Assembly (NCBI GenBank): GCA_040285745.1
Contig: JAUFOR010000008.1
Span: forward strand, 1,426,001-1,490,000
DNA length: 64,000 nucleotides
Source of the DNA: Barthelona sp. PCE
Taxonomy: Eukaryota
Direction of reading: 5' to 3'
Part shown: positions 62,313 through 64,000 of the stretch, in pieces
Numbering within the stretch: position 1 is the first letter of the stretch
How the letters are laid out: the number at the start of each line of letters is the position of its first letter
Made by a program: the position numbers and the translations under genes
The notes under the pieces: model-generated
Seen by the model: the letters and a program-made list of their open reading frames with translations, nothing else
Told to the model about the DNA's origin: nothing
The model's database searches: none

Positions 62313-64000
62313 ATGTTGCATAGTTTGTATATTAAGCTTTTAAATAAGTTCTTAGGGCCGTATTTAAGCGAAGATCTCACCAAAGATCAAGTAGATGTTG
62401 CTCTGGGTAGTGGGTATGTTTCGGCTTCGAATATGGACATAAACGTTGATGCCCTAAACAACCTGGGCCTTCCGCTCCTATTCAACAAGGTATCTATCCG
62501 TAACCTCACAACCCAGCTTTCTCTACGTAATTTCTGGAAAAGTGGACCTAATATCGTCTTAGATGGTGTAGATATTGACGTAGATTTACTAGATCCTGCC
62601 AATAACAAGGAGGAAACAAACAAAGAAGCTTCAGAAGAAGAAATTATCGAGGAGGCAGAGAAAAAAGCTGGCTTCTTTGTTAGAATGCTCGAGGGATTCA
62701 TATACCGCCTAAAACTAAACGTATCCAACATCGCTGTCCGTGTTAATACGCGCTTTGGCCCTGTAACATTAAACCTTCAGAGTTTCAGAATCGACGACAA
62801 AACAACTGAGTTTGTTGAGAAAGATATTATACTGTCAGGACTTCAGTTACGCCATGAGGCAGGGCTCGACTTTGAATTCGGGTTTAGTGCCAAAGTACAC
62901 TACTTTATGGGAGAGGATGATGTTCTGCGACTTGTATGCGAGACTGAAATTGATACAGTTTCTTTAAATATTCAACATGAATTTTTCGCTGTTTTTGAAC
63001 GCATAAAGGGCGTTTTTCTCCCAGACACACGCTTGGGTGACATTGATGAAAGTCTGTTAACATCTGTTATCAACCGCATAGATACCTCGCTCGACACAGA
63101 CTTGTCATCGTTGGAAGAGTCAGTGCATGAGATCAATGCACAGATGCCGCACCGCCTGGCCACTGAGCAGATCGCCATCGTGCTATCAATGAAGCGCATG
63201 AATGTGACAGTGTGCGATGTATGTGTCTCGATAGACAATGCAATGATGGGAGTCTTTACAGGTGAGAGAAACATGTTTGAGTGTGAGCGGATAACGCTTC
63301 CGTTCGTGGAAGTTACCAATGTAGAAATCATGCAGGCAGATAAGATAGCTGTTGAAGTCGGTGATGTATCCATCAGTGTATCTCAACCTGAAGTATACGC
63401 TGTACTCAAGGCACTTGCCCCGTTAGAGCACCTGTACACAATTGATATTGTGGAGCGCGCTCTCACTCGAACGAATACTGACAGCCAGTCATCTGAGTTT
63501 GAAAAATCATCACTGAACGTTGATGTCGCAATTAAAAAGCTCACTATCGAGGCCACCAATGCAGTGGCGAGCCTAAAAATTACAACAGATGTTTTACTGA
63601 AGGACAATAAGATTATTTGTGAAACAGTCTACGGGTTTCTACGCTCAACAGTTTCAACAACTGCACGTATTCTGACTGTGGAGGGGGTTTCCGTTGATCT
63701 AACACAGCGGGCGGTTGCTGTGAGATCAATCGATGTCTCACTGTCAATGCAAGATTTGGGCGGTGTTATTGGTCTGGCAACCCACTTCTTGTACGTTGAC
63801 TTCTGTCCAGTTCATGTGGCCAACGTTGTAAGTTTAGTCACAAAGATATCTCCCCCGACTACACCGACTAAAAGCAACGTTTGTGCTGAAAGCGATGAAG
63901 GTTTTTTTATTGCAACTGGAAGTGTCAAGTGTGAGCTCGTGCTACCACGGTGCAAGGTCGGTGCTGACCTCGATGGTATTACTTTTAGGCAAAAAAAATT
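62313..64000 (+). CDS. Chorein-N bridge-like lipid transfer protein (ATG2/VPS13 family); runs off the window
   Basis: Absent from the ORF track. MLHSLYIKLLNKFLGPYLSEDLTKDQVDVALGSGYVSASNMDINVDALNNLGLP...IVLDGVDI...LKLNVSNIAVRV is a chorein-N signature. Confidence 0.82.
   Translation, partial: MLHSLYIKLLNKFLGPYLSEDLTKDQVDVALGSGYVSASNMDINVDALNNLGLPLLFNKVSIRNLTTQLSLRNFWKSGPNIVLDGVDIDVDLLDPANNKEETNKEASEEEIIEEAEKKAGFFVRMLEGFIYRLKLNVSNIAVRVNTRFGPVTLNLQSFRIDDKTTEFVEKDIILSGLQLRHEAGLDFEFGFSAKVHYFMGEDDVLRLVCETEIDTVSLNIQHEFFAVFERIKGVFLPDTRLGDIDESLLTSVINRIDTSLDTDLSSLEESVHEINAQMPHRLATEQIAIVLSMKRMNVTVCDVCVSIDNAMMGVFTGERNMFECERITLPFVEVTNVEIMQADKIAVEVGDVSISVSQPEVYAVLKALAPLEHLYTIDIVERALTRTNTDSQSSEFEKSSLNVDVAIKKLTIEATNAVASLKITTDVLLKDNKIICETVYGFLRSTVSTTARILTVEGVSVDLTQRAVAVRSIDVSLSMQDLGGVIGLATHFLYVDFCPVHVANVVSLVTKISPPTTPTKSNVCAESDEGFFIATGSVKCELVLPRCKVGADLDGITFRQKK

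Noticed and set aside
326..63607. Numerous antisense or alternate-frame ORFs in the track (e.g. 326..802, 36942..37628, 59360..60274, 62387..63607)
   Set aside because: These are shadow ORFs opposite or inside better-supported genes, often Ser-rich mirrors of acidic sequence.

Overview
This is gene-dense, intron-poor eukaryotic (protist) genomic DNA in the standard genetic code. It holds about 43 protein-coding genes packed head-to-head and tail-to-tail with tiny gaps. Divergent proteins, very few introns and near-absent 3' gaps are reminiscent of a metamonad-type flagellate, but that assignment is inference only. Recognisable genes are a Src1/Man1 (HeH/LEM-MSC) inner nuclear membrane protein, TVP23, a metallophosphoesterase, a class I cyclic-nucleotide PDE, Nup155/170 (36-nt intron), an EF-hand protein, Sec15, IWS1/Spn1, SRP receptor alpha, VID27, CBP20, an ALY/Yra1-like RRM protein (188-nt intron), Yos1, PP2C, an acyltransferase-3 protein, a MIT-domain protein and a chorein-N (ATG2/VPS13) protein. 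There is also one tRNA-Leu(AAG). Two accessory zones (about 13.9-26 kb and 45.2-51.5 kb) carry orphan beta-rich proteins, an unusually large hAT-like DDE transposase, two homologous hAT C-terminal remnants 31 kb apart, a secreted Cys-rich triple-repeat protein, an AT-rich island with a skew switch around the tRNA, and a palindrome-dense intergenic segment. All identifications come from recognising motifs by eye; no searches were run.
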